From the IMG/VR virus record IMGVR_UViG_3300023257_000007, positions 248,001 through 312,000 of that record: 64,000 bases of DNA; one strand, given 5' to 3'. Below, in pieces: positions 1-9,520 of this stretch (the stretch's first letter is position 1; each line of letters begins with the position of its first letter). The notes below the pieces were generated by a model. That model searched no databases, was not told the DNA's origin, and saw nothing but the letters and a program-made list of their open reading frames with translations. A program made the position numbers and the translations under genes.

Positions 1-305
1 AATTCTTTATTATAATCAGCATATTCTTCTAGGCTTTCAAATACTGTAAAAAATGTATTAGAAGAATAATTAAATGCGATGAGGGTTTTATTATAACCAA
101 TATAATATTCATTGTAACTATAATTGTTAATGCAATGTTCTAATATTTCTTTGTGATGGGCTTCATCTTCATTGGGTTCATCCCAGTATTTATTCAATTG
201 ACTTCTCCAATAATTAATAAGGCTTGTTACTTCTTCCGGAGTTTTGCAGTTAACTAGGACTTTATCTGATTGTATATTTTCTAAATATGTACTAAGGTAT
301 TTCAT
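1..305 (-). CDS. N-tagged hypothetical protein, partial (runs off window start)
   Basis: Manual translation from ATG at 305: MKYLSTYLENIQSDKVLVNCKTPEEV..., open to base 1; promoter-like motif at 313-322. Confidence 0.75.
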   Translation of the reverse strand, partial: MKYLSTYLENIQSDKVLVNCKTPEEVTSLINYWRSQLNKYWDEPNEDEAHHKEILEHCINNYSYNEYYIGYNKTLIAFNYSSNTFFTVFESLEEYADYNKE

Positions 306-312
306 ATGAAGA

Positions 313-322
313 TATATATTGA
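313..322 (-). promoter_or_regulatory. Putative late-promoter-like motif (TCAATATATA variant)
   Basis: Variant of recurrent TTAATATATA, 8 nt upstream of an N-tagged start. Confidence 0.45.
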
Positions 323-359
323 ATTTGTTTTTTCAAAATAAATTTTGTATTTTATATTT

Positions 360-641
360 ATGAAATTTTATTATTTAGAAGTAAAAGAAAAGGATTGGAA
401 TGAAGTTATAAACTATATAACTAAAGTTATTCCTATTTGGAATGAAAAGTTTGATATAAGTCTTCCTATTAAACATATTGGATTTTATATAGATCTAAAG
501 AATGAATTTGGTTTAAATAATGATAATTTATTATTGTTTCGTTATCATAAATTAAATTTTAAAACTTGTGATTATATAAAGTGTAAGGATATAGAAGAAT
601 TCTTATTTTCTTATGAATCAAGTAAGATGGGATTATTGTAA
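360..641 (+). CDS. Small hypothetical protein, C-tag A
   Basis: Ends ESSKMGLL; start moved to ATG 360 (MKFYYLEVKEKDW). Confidence 0.8.
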   Translation: MKFYYLEVKEKDWNEVINYITKVIPIWNEKFDISLPIKHIGFYIDLKNEFGLNNDNLLLFRYHKLNFKTCDYIKCKDIEEFLFSYESSKMGLL

Positions 642-662
642 CATTATTAAATAAAACAAAGA

Positions 663-986
663 ATGAACATAGCTATCGAGTTATATACTAAGAAAGAGTT
701 ATTTAAGGCATGGAAAAAGATGTTAGATTTAGGATATAATTTAGATGTTTGGCATAGAATTTACATGGAGAAGGATTATAATTGGATTGGATTTGATTAT
801 ATAAAAAAAAGGGGTGGTCTTTATATTTATTTTGATTTAGATGAATATATAATGACTGGTTGGGATGGTTTATATAATATACACATGATTAAATATATTC
901 CTGATGATATGGATTTTATTATCAATCATATTGATATTGATTCGATTGATTCGTGTATAGAGGGTATTAAATTAGGTTTATTATAG
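663..986 (+). CDS. Small hypothetical protein, C-tag A; paralog of 2079-2399
   Basis: Ends EGIKLGLL; shares IAIE..KLF..W..M.DLGY and RGG.Y..FDLD with 2079-2399. Confidence 0.85.
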   Translation: MNIAIELYTKKELFKAWKKMLDLGYNLDVWHRIYMEKDYNWIGFDYIKKRGGLYIYFDLDEYIMTGWDGLYNIHMIKYIPDDMDFIINHIDIDSIDSCIEGIKLGLL

Positions 987-1035
987 ATTTGAAATTATGA
1001 GATTTTATAGGATCTACTAAAATGGGATTAATGTA

Positions 1036-1335
1036 ATGAATGAACTTGTATATATTAGTGTAAATAATAAGGAACAATATGATAGAGTTATACGTATTGC
1101 TGAAAATAATGGTTTTAAAACAAGAGGTAATTCCTCTTCTTTACCTGTTAATATTTATCTTTGTATTAAGGATGCTGTTGAAGGATCTTGGTTAAAGGAT
1201 GTTATTTATTTTAGTAGTAATGATTATGATCTATATAAAACTGTATTACCAGTTAGGATAAAATGTGATTATGAGGATTTTTCAGAAGAATATTTAAAGT
1301 TTATAACAGAATCAGATAAGATGGGATTATTATAA
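1036..1335 (+). CDS. Small hypothetical protein, C-tag A
   Basis: Ends ESDKMGLL. Confidence 0.85.
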   Translation: MNELVYISVNNKEQYDRVIRIAENNGFKTRGNSSSLPVNIYLCIKDAVEGSWLKDVIYFSSNDYDLYKTVLPVRIKCDYEDFSEEYLKFITESDKMGLL

Positions 1336-1337
1336 TT

Positions 1338-1749
1338 ATGAATGAATCGAATACAATATTGTGTGCTGCTTTTTGTGGTACTGGAAAAACTTATATTTGC
1401 AATCAGAATAAGAAGGCTATTAAAATTGAATATTGGAAGTATGAAAGAAGGACTAGAAAAAGAATATGTTAGTGATATAAAAAAGCAAATTGGAAAAGTA
1501 GATTATATTTTTTTAAGTACTGACATAGAAGGTTTGAAACTATTAAAAGGTTTTAATATTGTACTTGATTACCCTGAAAATAATTTGAGAAATGAATACC
1601 TTGATAGGTTTATTGATAGAGATAGTCCTTACGATTTTATAGGGACGTTTATGAAACATTGGAATATATGGATAGATGAACTTAAAGATCAAAATTATTG
1701 TAAACATATTATATTGAAAAATGGTGAGTACTTGCAAAATATTCTCTAA
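1338..1749 (+). pseudogene. P-loop NTPase/kinase-like gene split by a frameshift
   Basis: Frame from ATG 1338 reads MNESNTILCAAFCGTGKTYIC (Walker A-like); the plausible C-terminal half (KEYVSDIKK...DYIFLST...) is in the 1342 frame; shift near 1440-1450. Confidence 0.6.
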
Positions 1750-1779
1750 ATTAAAGACTATGTTTTAAATTAAATAACA

Positions 1780-2082
1780 ATGAATGATATAGATATAAAT
1801 GTAAATGAAGATAATTATATAGAATTTGTCAATTATTTATATAGTATTAATTATATAACTAAGAATGATAATGAAAGGTTAGTTAATTGGTATACTGATG
1901 TGAATGATTATTTTCAAAAAGAATATAACTCATATGAATATAGATTATTTTTTGATCGTAAAGAATGGGATATAATAGCTTGTTGTTGTGGCGGTTCTGA
2001 ATTTTTTAAAAAAGTAACTTTTATTAATAATTTAAAGGAATTAGAGGTTTATATGAATTGTTTAAAAATGGGGCTATTATGA
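1780..2082 (+). CDS. Small hypothetical protein, C-tag A
   Basis: Ends NCLKMGLL. Confidence 0.85.
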   Translation: MNDIDINVNEDNYIEFVNYLYSINYITKNDNERLVNWYTDVNDYFQKEYNSYEYRLFFDRKEWDIIACCCGGSEFFKKVTFINNLKELEVYMNCLKMGLL

Positions 2083-2399
2083 AAAGAATTGCAATAGAGA
2101 TATATTCCATAGAGAAATTATTTGAAATATGGGAAGAAATGGTTGATTTAGGTTACACTTTAAGTTCTTGGACTAATATATTTAAGAGAACAGAAATTGA
2201 TTGGCTTGGTTTTTTAAGTATTGAAAGAGGTGGTATTTATCTTTGTTTTGATTTAGATAAGTGTATAATGATTGGTTGGGGAAGTCTATATTATGATTCT
2301 GGAAAAAAGTTTATTATTAAAGATTTTGAATTAATTATAGATAGTAGTAAAGATGATATTAGATTTCATCTAAATTCAATTAAGATGGGGTTATTATAA
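2079..2399 (+). CDS. Small hypothetical protein, C-tag A
   Basis: ATGA overlap with upstream gene; ends NSIKMGLL; shares TTATAA 2394-2399 with the convergent gene. Confidence 0.85.
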   Translation: MKRIAIEIYSIEKLFEIWEEMVDLGYTLSSWTNIFKRTEIDWLGFLSIERGGIYLCFDLDKCIMIGWGSLYYDSGKKFIIKDFELIIDSSKDDIRFHLNSIKMGLL

Positions 2400-2747
2400 T
2401 AGTCCGAGTTTATTTCCTTGTATCAATATATCAAGATCCATTCCATATTCTTTTTTTAACCAATCATCACAACTTATAAAAGAATCTTTATAAAATGACA
2501 CATATTCTAATAGAAACTTCATTGAGCTCCAACACTTATCAAAGCGTTGACCATCATCTAATGTAAAAAATGTTTTATCTTTTGAAAAAGCAACCCAAAA
2601 ATTTTCTTTAAAATTTACTCTAGAATATTCTATATCATATTTTTCCTCAATTAATTTTATTATAAATTTTGTTTCTTTATGAGGTATATCAGTTATTACA
2701 ACAATATTATCCTCTTTATTTTCATTGTATGTATTAAGATATTTCAT
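2394..2747 (-). CDS. N-tagged, C-tag A hypothetical protein
   Basis: MKYLNTYNEN...QGNKLGLL. Confidence 0.85.
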   Translation of the reverse strand: MKYLNTYNENKEDNIVVITDIPHKETKFIIKLIEEKYDIEYSRVNFKENFWVAFSKDKTFFTLDDGQRFDKCWSSMKFLLEYVSFYKDSFISCDDWLKKEYGMDLDILIQGNKLGLL

Positions 2748-2770
2748 TTTCAAATGTTTCAAATCTTATT

Positions 2771-2802
2771 TTGTTTTATATATTAATTTGTTTTTTTAGA
2801 AT
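2771..2802. repeat. 32-bp intergenic repeat containing the TTAATATATA motif (copy 1; copy 2 at 5132-5163)
   Basis: ttgttttatatattaatttgtttttttagaat identical at both sites. Confidence 0.85.
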
Positions 2803-3322
2803 ATTTTTTTTATCTTTCAATATGAAAATAAATATAATGTATGCGGGGATGGCGGATGATATTATGCTTCCAATGTTACAAGTTCCAACTTTCATAATAA
2901 TCCAAGTTTATTTGCTTCTATTTTTATTTGATGGAGCCTTTGCTAGAAATGGTTGGGAAAGTCAAAAAGAAGATATAAGACAAACGTTATTGTCTGGTAA
3001 TAATGAGAATTCATGGCACAGGGAGGTATATTTAAAATATGAATCAGACACTCCAACTTTTTCATTAGAAGAAAAATGTGTTATATTATCTGATATAGAT
3101 AAAGATGAATGTTGGAAATTGACATTTGATTATAATGGAAAGCGCAGAGAACTAATTTATTATCATCATCAAAACTTTTATGATGTGTGGCCTGATAATA
3201 TAAAGGATATTAATCATTTATTTAGTATTGGTGCTACTTTTGAATATTTAACAGAACCTAAATTAAAAGAAATGTTGAAGACAAGATGTACTGGTTATTT
3301 ATATGATCAAGTGACACCATAA
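2771..3322 (+). CDS. Hypothetical protein with a hydrophobic N-terminal segment; true start probably downstream
   Basis: ORF track, 183 aa; no recognised domain. Confidence 0.55.
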   Translation: MFYILICFFRIFFLSFNMKINIMYAGMADDIMLPMLQVPTFIIIQVYLLLFLFDGAFARNGWESQKEDIRQTLLSGNNENSWHREVYLKYESDTPTFSLEEKCVILSDIDKDECWKLTFDYNGKRRELIYYHHQNFYDVWPDNIKDINHLFSIGATFEYLTEPKLKEMLKTRCTGYLYDQVTP

Positions 3323-3376
3323 GAAACAGAAATAATTCAAATGAATAGAAGGATTTATATTAATAAAATAGATATA

Positions 3377-3856
3377 TTAATATAATCCCATTTTATTTGC
3401 ATTATAAAGGTCTGGATTTTCTTTCCAAAACCATTCCCAATATTCTTCTAAATTATTATAAGGTAATTGGTTATTATAACAATTTAAATATTCTAATCTT
3501 TTAGATAATTCAGGTAATTCAGTTAATTGGTTACCATCACAATCTAAATATTTTAACTCTTTTGGTAATTCAGGCAATTTAGTTAATTTATTATTATAAC
3601 AATATAATATTTCTAACCCTTTTGGTAGTTCAGGTAATTCAATTAATTTGTTGTTGTCACAATATAACATTTCTAATCCTTTTGGTAATTCAGGTAATTC
3701 AGTTAATTGATTATTATAACACATTAATTTTTCTAACCCTTTAGGTAATTCAGGTAATTCAGTTAAATTTAAATTAACTAAATTTAATATTTTACCATCA
3801 TCACTTAGATGATCTTTTATTAATTGGTTTTCTGAATATGTTTTTAAATATTTCAT
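3377..3856 (-). CDS. Short-LRR protein (5 repeats), N-tag and C-tag A
   Basis: 20-aa LTELPELPKGLxxLxCxxNx repeats; MKYLKTYSEN...NANKMGLY. Confidence 0.95.
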   Translation of the reverse strand: MKYLKTYSENQLIKDHLSDDGKILNLVNLNLTELPELPKGLEKLMCYNNQLTELPELPKGLEMLYCDNNKLIELPELPKGLEILYCYNNKLTKLPELPKELKYLDCDGNQLTELPELSKRLEYLNCYNNQLPYNNLEEYWEWFWKENPDLYNANKMGLY

Positions 3857-3882
3857 CTATTTTATAATTTTATTGACTTACA
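3851..3882. repeat. 32-bp gene-junction direct repeat (copy 1; copy 2 at 4256-4287)
   Basis: tttcatctattttataattttattgacttaca identical at both ends of gene 3878-4261. Confidence 0.85.
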
Positions 3883-4261
3883 TAAGTCCTAATTTACCTG
3901 ATTCAAATACATATGGGTTATTATGAAAGAATATTTTCATAATAAATAATATTAGTTCATAATCTTTTATTATTTGGTGTCCATCATTTTTATTTGAAGA
4001 TTCTTTTATCCAATTTGGATCTGATACAACTGCAACTTGCTGTTCAACTTTTTGTAATATTATTTGAAATAGATTTCCTTCTCGTTTTAACACAATAGTT
4101 GTGTATACTCCGTTATAATCTATTTCAAGGAATCCATTTCTAATATAAATTTTAAATTTGGTATCTTTAAACATATCTTTTATTGTATCAACAAAGAAAT
4201 CTTGATTGTTATCATTAACTGAAATCTCATTTATCATTTGATATGTCTTTAAATGTTTCAT
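3878..4261 (-). CDS. N-tagged, C-tag A hypothetical protein
   Basis: MKHLKTYQMINEISVN...ESGKLGLM. Confidence 0.85.
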   Translation of the reverse strand: MKHLKTYQMINEISVNDNNQDFFVDTIKDMFKDTKFKIYIRNGFLEIDYNGVYTTIVLKREGNLFQIILQKVEQQVAVVSDPNWIKESSNKNDGHQIIKDYELILFIMKIFFHNNPYVFESGKLGLM

Positions 4262-4287
4262 CTATTTTATAATTTTATTGACTTACA
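4256..4287. repeat. 32-bp gene-junction direct repeat (copy 2)
   Basis: Identical to 3851-3882. Confidence 0.85.
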
Positions 4288-4651
4288 AGACACCAAGATT
4301 TTTTGTCCCATTATACATATTTATCATATTTTGTAATTCATTCATAAATTCATCTTTAGTTATTAATATATCTGAGTGTTTATAATAACCGCAAGGACCA
4401 TAAATACGATTTAATTTATAATGAATTGTTCTACTTTCATGTTGTACACAGCAACTATACACCATTTTTCTTTTATCTTCCTCTTTTTCAAGTATATCAC
4501 AACATAATTCTATTTTTGTTCTATGTACATCAAATTTAAAATCATTTATAAGTTTATCATATATTTCAATTGCTTCTTTTGCGTTATTAAATTCAACTGA
4601 TATAAACTTATCTTCATCTATATTTTCATTATATGTTTTAAGGTATTTCAT
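4283..4651 (-). CDS. N-tagged, C-tag A hypothetical protein
   Basis: MKYLKTYNEN...NGTKNLGVL. Confidence 0.85.
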   Translation of the reverse strand: MKYLKTYNENIDEDKFISVEFNNAKEAIEIYDKLINDFKFDVHRTKIELCCDILEKEEDKRKMVYSCCVQHESRTIHYKLNRIYGPCGYYKHSDILITKDEFMNELQNMINMYNGTKNLGVL

Positions 4652-5121
4652 TATAATAATCCTAGTTTATTTGCTTCTAAATCTGCTTTAAGGTCTTCAC
4701 TTTTAAGGTATTCTAATATTTGTGAAAGTTTTTTATAATTTTTTAAATTTTTACTAACCCTTGTTAAAAGACTAAATTTATCTCTATTATTATCTTCAAT
4801 AAGATAAGCAATAACATCAACAATTTTACTAGTATTAATATCAACTGAATCTAATACTTCTAGATGTGTATAATTACCTAATTTAATATTTTCTGGTATT
4901 TTTATAAATACTTGTTCATATTTATCACCATGTAAAATATATTGATATTTATTATATATTTTAGCACATTCCTTTTTAATATCTGATATTAGTTTATTAA
5001 AATTATCAAAAATTGTTTTATCATTTATTTGTTTATAAAGCAATTCTTTTTGTTTATAAAATGATTCTTGTTGTTTATAGTTTTCTTCTATGTTTTCGTT
5101 ATATGTTTCACTTATGATCAT
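4651..5121 (-). CDS. Hypothetical protein, degenerate N-tag, C-tag A
   Basis: MIISETYNEN...EANKLGLL; TAATG overlap with next gene. Confidence 0.85.
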   Translation of the reverse strand: MIISETYNENIEENYKQQESFYKQKELLYKQINDKTIFDNFNKLISDIKKECAKIYNKYQYILHGDKYEQVFIKIPENIKLGNYTHLEVLDSVDINTSKIVDVIAYLIEDNNRDKFSLLTRVSKNLKNYKKLSQILEYLKSEDLKADLEANKLGLL

Positions 5122-5131
5122 ATTGTTTTGT

Positions 5132-5163
5132 TTGTTTTATATATTAATTTGTTTTTTTAGAAT
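5132..5163. repeat. 32-bp intergenic repeat with TTAATATATA motif (copy 2)
   Basis: Identical to 2771-2802. Confidence 0.85.
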
Positions 5164-5241
5164 TTTTTTCTTATATTACAATAATTATTAAAAATTATGA
5201 AAGAATTAATTTGGTTAAATATATGTTATAAAGGTCTTATG

Positions 5242-5484
5242 TCAAAAGAAATGTATTTCTACATATTCATCTATGATGATTGGATGATATCTTTTAATAT
5301 CTCTCACTATATCATCTACAATTTCTTTTAGTTTTATTATATCTGTATTTGGTGGAACAAATAAGTAAATTTCTGAATCATCTTTACACAAACCCTTTTT
5401 ATTCAAATAATATGGTGTATTTTTAAATATATCATCAATAATATATTTAAATTTAAATGATTCATACTTTTTTATATATTTCAT
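5242..5484 (-). CDS. N-tagged hypothetical protein
   Basis: MKYIKKYESF...; no C-tag. Confidence 0.7.
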   Translation of the reverse strand: MKYIKKYESFKFKYIIDDIFKNTPYYLNKKGLCKDDSEIYLFVPPNTDIIKLKEIVDDIVRDIKRYHPIIIDEYVEIHFF

Positions 5485-5494
5485 AATTATTAGA

Positions 5495-5905
5495 TTATAA
5501 AAGACCCATTTGACCTGTTATTAATAATCTTTTTACTTTTTTTAATGGTACTAAATAATTTTCCCAGTTTTCTGGACTATCATCTATACCATCTGTTATA
5601 TCTTTATCTTCCCAAACAGATATTGGTATTTTATTATCCTTTGTAAAGATAGTGTTTGCACCATTTTGATCAAATCGTATAATCTCTTCATCAAATAAAT
5701 TAAAAATTGTTCGACTTGTTTTTATATTATCATCAATATATGAATTATAGTCAGTAATTAAATGTTTTGCATATTGATTAAACCATTTACAACCATTCTT
5801 TATAGCTAAATTAGTATAAGTAAAATATTCATCAATATTACTTACTTCAAACACAAATAATACATTTGGTATTGTACTTTCATTATATGTTTTTAAATAT
5901 TTCAT
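5495..5905 (-). CDS. N-tagged, C-tag A hypothetical protein
   Basis: MKYLKTYNES...ITGQMGLL. Confidence 0.85.
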   Translation of the reverse strand: MKYLKTYNESTIPNVLFVFEVSNIDEYFTYTNLAIKNGCKWFNQYAKHLITDYNSYIDDNIKTSRTIFNLFDEEIIRFDQNGANTIFTKDNKIPISVWEDKDITDGIDDSPENWENYLVPLKKVKRLLITGQMGLL

Positions 5906-6085
5906 TATAGTTTATATATTTATTTTTTTATTTAAGAAAATTTTAACTATTTTTTTAATACCTTTAGTTTTAACTATTGGTATATTTTTAAAATAATTAT
6001 TTAATTCATCAACCATTTTAATTCTTAACTTAGATGTAATGGTCATAGACTTAGCAAATTGATTATATGTGTCTAATTTATTCAT

Positions 6086-6511
6086 TTATAATAGTCCTAA
6101 TTTAGTAGATTCAAATTTTGATTCTATATTTTCACTATGAATATATTCTATTATTTTTTCTTCAAATTCCGTAGAGCAACTCTCAATATAATAATTAGTG
6201 TCATTCACAGATTGAAGAAATATTCTATAAGAAGTCGAAATTTCTTCATCATACTTTATGATATATAATGATAAATCATCATCTGGATCTACAATTGTTC
6301 TTCTATCTATATTAGTAGGTTTATCTATAAAATCTGAACCAGATACATTTACTTTAACATCTGTTCTACTATTCAAATATTCATTAGGTTTACCATATTT
6401 ATTTATTAAATACTCACATCTATATAATAATTCTTCATCATCTTTATAAATATGATGAACAGTACCATTATCATATATTAATGATTCATTATAAGTTTTT
6501 AAATATTTCAC
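6086..6511 (-). CDS. N-tagged, C-tag A hypothetical protein (GTG start)
   Basis: GTG-KYLKTYNES...ESTKLGLL. Confidence 0.85.
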   Translation of the reverse strand: MKYLKTYNESLIYDNGTVHHIYKDDEELLYRCEYLINKYGKPNEYLNSRTDVKVNVSGSDFIDKPTNIDRRTIVDPDDDLSLYIIKYDEEISTSYRIFLQSVNDTNYYIESCSTEFEEKIIEYIHSENIESKFESTKLGLL

Positions 6512-6516
6512 AAGAC

Positions 6517-6526
6517 TATATATTAA
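6517..6526 (-). promoter_or_regulatory. TTAATATATA promoter-like motif
   Basis: Exact motif just upstream of N-tagged gene 6086-6511. Confidence 0.55.
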
Positions 6527-6630
6527 TTTTTTATTTTAAGATAAATTTTCTATATTAAAATTATGGATATTAAAGAAAACCTTAAAAATTATTATGAAAT
6601 TAGATAAATATTTCTTAATTAAAGATAAAT

Positions 6631-6954
6631 ATGATTAAAATTAATATTACGGGAATTAATTGTAATGAATTTGAAAAGTTACAAAAAATATTCTTTGATC
6701 AAAATATACCTTGGTATTATAGTGGTTATAAATTACAATCATCCGATGATTGTAATTATTATCATAACATTTATATTGTTTCAAAAATCGTTGTCATGAG
6801 AAATGATAACCATGAAAAAGAAGAATATTATATGACCTTTAAAAAAGATAATATAATCTCAAAAGACCAAGATTTAATTGAATATAAATATGATGAAATG
6901 GATGAGAATACATTAAAAAGTTATTTTAACGGTTTACAACTAGGATTATTATGA
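6631..6954 (+). CDS. Small hypothetical protein, C-tag A
   Basis: Ends NGLQLGLL. Confidence 0.85.
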   Translation: MIKINITGINCNEFEKLQKIFFDQNIPWYYSGYKLQSSDDCNYYHNIYIVSKIVVMRNDNHEKEEYYMTFKKDNIISKDQDLIEYKYDEMDENTLKSYFNGLQLGLL

Positions 6955-7269
6955 TATCAATAAATATAGAAAATATAAGTCTAAATGACTTCAAGAAATT
7001 GCAAATACATATGATTGATCAAAATATTCCTTGGATTGATGGTGATTGGGAAGTTTGGGTAGATGGATATTGGTCATTTATAATTAATCATAAAAAAAAA
7101 TATCTTACTAATTGATCAATATACATCAACTGGTAAACCAGTTGATGGTTACCTTAGATATAATATGCAATTGTGTAATGTTTCATCTCCAATCGTTTTA
7201 AGTGTTGAAGAAATGCTTGATTTAAATATATACGAATATTTGGAGGCGAAAAAGTTTAATTTATTATAA
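6951..7269 (+). pseudogene. Frameshifted paralog of 6631-6954, C-tag A
   Basis: MISINIENISLNDFKKLQIHMIDQNIPW... shifts at a poly-A run near 7092-7100; the other frame ends EYLEAKKFNLL. Confidence 0.7.
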
Positions 7270-7514
7270 TAGATCCATCTTATTCGATGCAATATACTCT
7301 TGTAAATTAAAATCTTTAGTTATATCAGAACCATTTAACTTACCTAACAAAATACCAATTTCAGTATATTTTTCAATAATTTGATTATAAAACCAAGTAG
7401 TCCAATGATTTCCAATATAAGTTTTATCATCTATATTAATTAGTAAATTAATTTCTTTCCAAAACCATTCCTTATATCACTAATACTTTCATCATATGTC
7501 TTTAAGTATTTCAT
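7264..7514 (-). pseudogene. Frameshifted N-tagged, C-tag A gene
   Basis: MKYLKTYDESISDI, then a frame change to KEWFWKEINLL...QEYIASNKMDLL. Confidence 0.7.
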
Positions 7515-7537
7515 GAATAATTTAAAAACTTTTGTTT

Positions 7538-7547
7538 TATATATTAA
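7538..7547 (-). promoter_or_regulatory. TTAATATATA promoter-like motif
   Basis: Exact motif 24 nt upstream of the N-tagged start at 7514. Confidence 0.55.
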
Positions 7548-7731
7548 AATTTAGATTTGAATATCAATACCCAGAATTTATATTCCAACCTCTACAATAT
7601 CATAAAATTAATTTTTATACCAAGAAATATTCCTTATATTTAAGTATTGGAATTTCGAAAAAATTGAAGAATTTTTATTTTTTGAACAAATTCCGTATAT
7701 TATAAATGATGAAATACATAAACTACTAAAT

Positions 7732-8622
7732 ATGGAAGAAAAAACAAAAATATTATTAAACGGCAAAGAAAATAAGAGCGAACTTATTAACTTACTTACA
7801 AAAGTTGATGTTTCTTGCTCTACTCGTGAACTAAATTCTGAGTTGATAGTTAAAATCAAACATTTTAACAAATGTATCGAAGAAAATATCGAATTCAGAA
7901 ATAAATTCAATGTTAATGAAAGATTTGAGTTCTTAGAAGATCTTACCAACATGATTATTGATGGTAAAGGTAACTCATTGATAGTTATAGGTGAAGGTGG
8001 ACTTGGTAAAACATTTACTGTATTAAGCACTTTATCAAAAAGAACAAAAACTGGATTTCTAAACCTTTTCAAGAAAAAAGAAGATGTTCACATAGTTAAA
8101 GGTTTCTCAACAGCTAGAGGTCTATATGATACATTATATGATAATAGAGATAAATTAATTTTATTTGACGACTGTGATTCAATCTTAGAAGATAAAACAG
8201 CTATTAATATTTTAAAATCAGCTTTAGATTCTTATGATACTAGAATCGTTACATGGTCTAAATTTTTGAAAAATAAAAACAATTATCCACAATCATTCGA
8301 ATTTACAGGTAGAATAATCTTTATCTCAAATAAAAAGAAAACTCAAATACCACAACCAATCTTAACAAGAGGTTATGTAGTTGATTTAGAAATGAGCAAT
8401 GGTGAGAAAATCGACAGAATGGCTCACATCATGCCAACACTTATCGAAGATAAAGGTAAAGGTAGATGGAGTTTAAATGATGGTTTTACGGCTTTAGAAT
8501 TCATTAGAATAAATATAGATGATGTTAAAGAACTAAGTATTAGAACATTAGTAGATGTTTTAAGAATAATGAAATCAAGAAAAAATTGGGAAAAATTAGC
8601 TTTATATACAATAACAGAATAA
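7732..8622 (+). CDS. AAA-family P-loop ATPase
   Basis: Walker A GEGGLGKT, Walker B LILFDDCD, sensor-like IIFISN. Confidence 0.85.
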   Translation: MEEKTKILLNGKENKSELINLLTKVDVSCSTRELNSELIVKIKHFNKCIEENIEFRNKFNVNERFEFLEDLTNMIIDGKGNSLIVIGEGGLGKTFTVLSTLSKRTKTGFLNLFKKKEDVHIVKGFSTARGLYDTLYDNRDKLILFDDCDSILEDKTAINILKSALDSYDTRIVTWSKFLKNKNNYPQSFEFTGRIIFISNKKKTQIPQPILTRGYVVDLEMSNGEKIDRMAHIMPTLIEDKGKGRWSLNDGFTALEFIRINIDDVKELSIRTLVDVLRIMKSRKNWEKLALYTITE

Positions 8623-8912
8623 TGACAACATATATAACAGATATACCATCAGAATATATATTATATCTTGATAAAATAATCAGTGAATATTATAATATGA
8701 AATCTATAATTAGACCTAATAAAAGAATCATAAAATATGATTATTATTTTATAAGTATCAATAAATATAATGATAATTGTCTGTGTTATTCAGGTATGTG
8801 TTATTTACATGAACTCATAGGACCAACCAGTGAAACTATTAATTATGTTGATTGGTTAGAAAAACATAATTTAACATACAAATTAGAATCAACCAAATTA
8901 GGATTATTATGA
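8622..8912 (+). CDS. Small hypothetical protein, C-tag A; tandem paralog of 8909-9205
   Basis: MTTYITDIPSEYILYLDKIISEYYNM...ESTKLGLL. Confidence 0.85.
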   Translation: MTTYITDIPSEYILYLDKIISEYYNMKSIIRPNKRIIKYDYYFISINKYNDNCLCYSGMCYLHELIGPTSETINYVDWLEKHNLTYKLESTKLGLL

Positions 8913-9205
8913 CATTATATATAACAGACATACCTCAAAAAGAAATATTATATCTTGATAAAATAATCAGTGAATATTATAATATGGAAACTATAACTCG
9001 TAGTATTAATAGAATTAATTTCACATTATATGATTATATTTATATAAGTGTTGGTAAAAATTGTACTGAGGGATTATATTATTCAGATATGAATTATTTA
9101 AAACATATTAAAAAACAGAACCATAAAACTATCAATTATATTGATTGGTTGAAAAAGAATAATTTATTCTATAAATTAGAATCAGCCAAATTAGGATTAT
9201 TATGA
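8909..9205 (+). CDS. Small hypothetical protein, C-tag A
   Basis: MTLYITDIPQKEILYLDKIISEYYNM...ESAKLGLL. Confidence 0.85.
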   Translation: MTLYITDIPQKEILYLDKIISEYYNMETITRSINRINFTLYDYIYISVGKNCTEGLYYSDMNYLKHIKKQNHKTINYIDWLKKNNLFYKLESAKLGLL

Positions 9206-9212
9206 TAATAAA

Positions 9213-9222
9213 TTAATATATA
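9213..9222 (+). promoter_or_regulatory. TTAATATATA promoter-like motif
   Basis: Exact motif 7 nt upstream of ATG 9230. Confidence 0.5.
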
Positions 9223-9229
9223 AATTAGA

Positions 9230-9517
9230 ATGATATTAACAGATGAAATATTAAATGAAATAAAAGGATTTAAAAACCAATTTGCAATTTATATGCGTAA
9301 TGGTGATATATTTTATATACCAAAAGGTAGACCAGTTCAATATGCCGCTGGAAGAATGATAGCAAATTCTGAAAAACATAATACTATTGAAATAATTAAA
9401 TTTATTAATATTCTTTATTTTGTTATTGATGGTAAAAGATATGATTTTGAACTACCAACTGTAAAATTAACTAGATATCAAAAAATAATTAATTTTTTTA
9501 AAAGACCAACTTTCTAA
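9230..9517 (+). CDS. Hypothetical protein
   Basis: ORF track, 95 aa. Confidence 0.7.
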   Translation: MILTDEILNEIKGFKNQFAIYMRNGDIFYIPKGRPVQYAAGRMIANSEKHNTIEIIKFINILYFVIDGKRYDFELPTVKLTRYQKIINFFKRPTF

Positions 9518-9520
9518 ATT

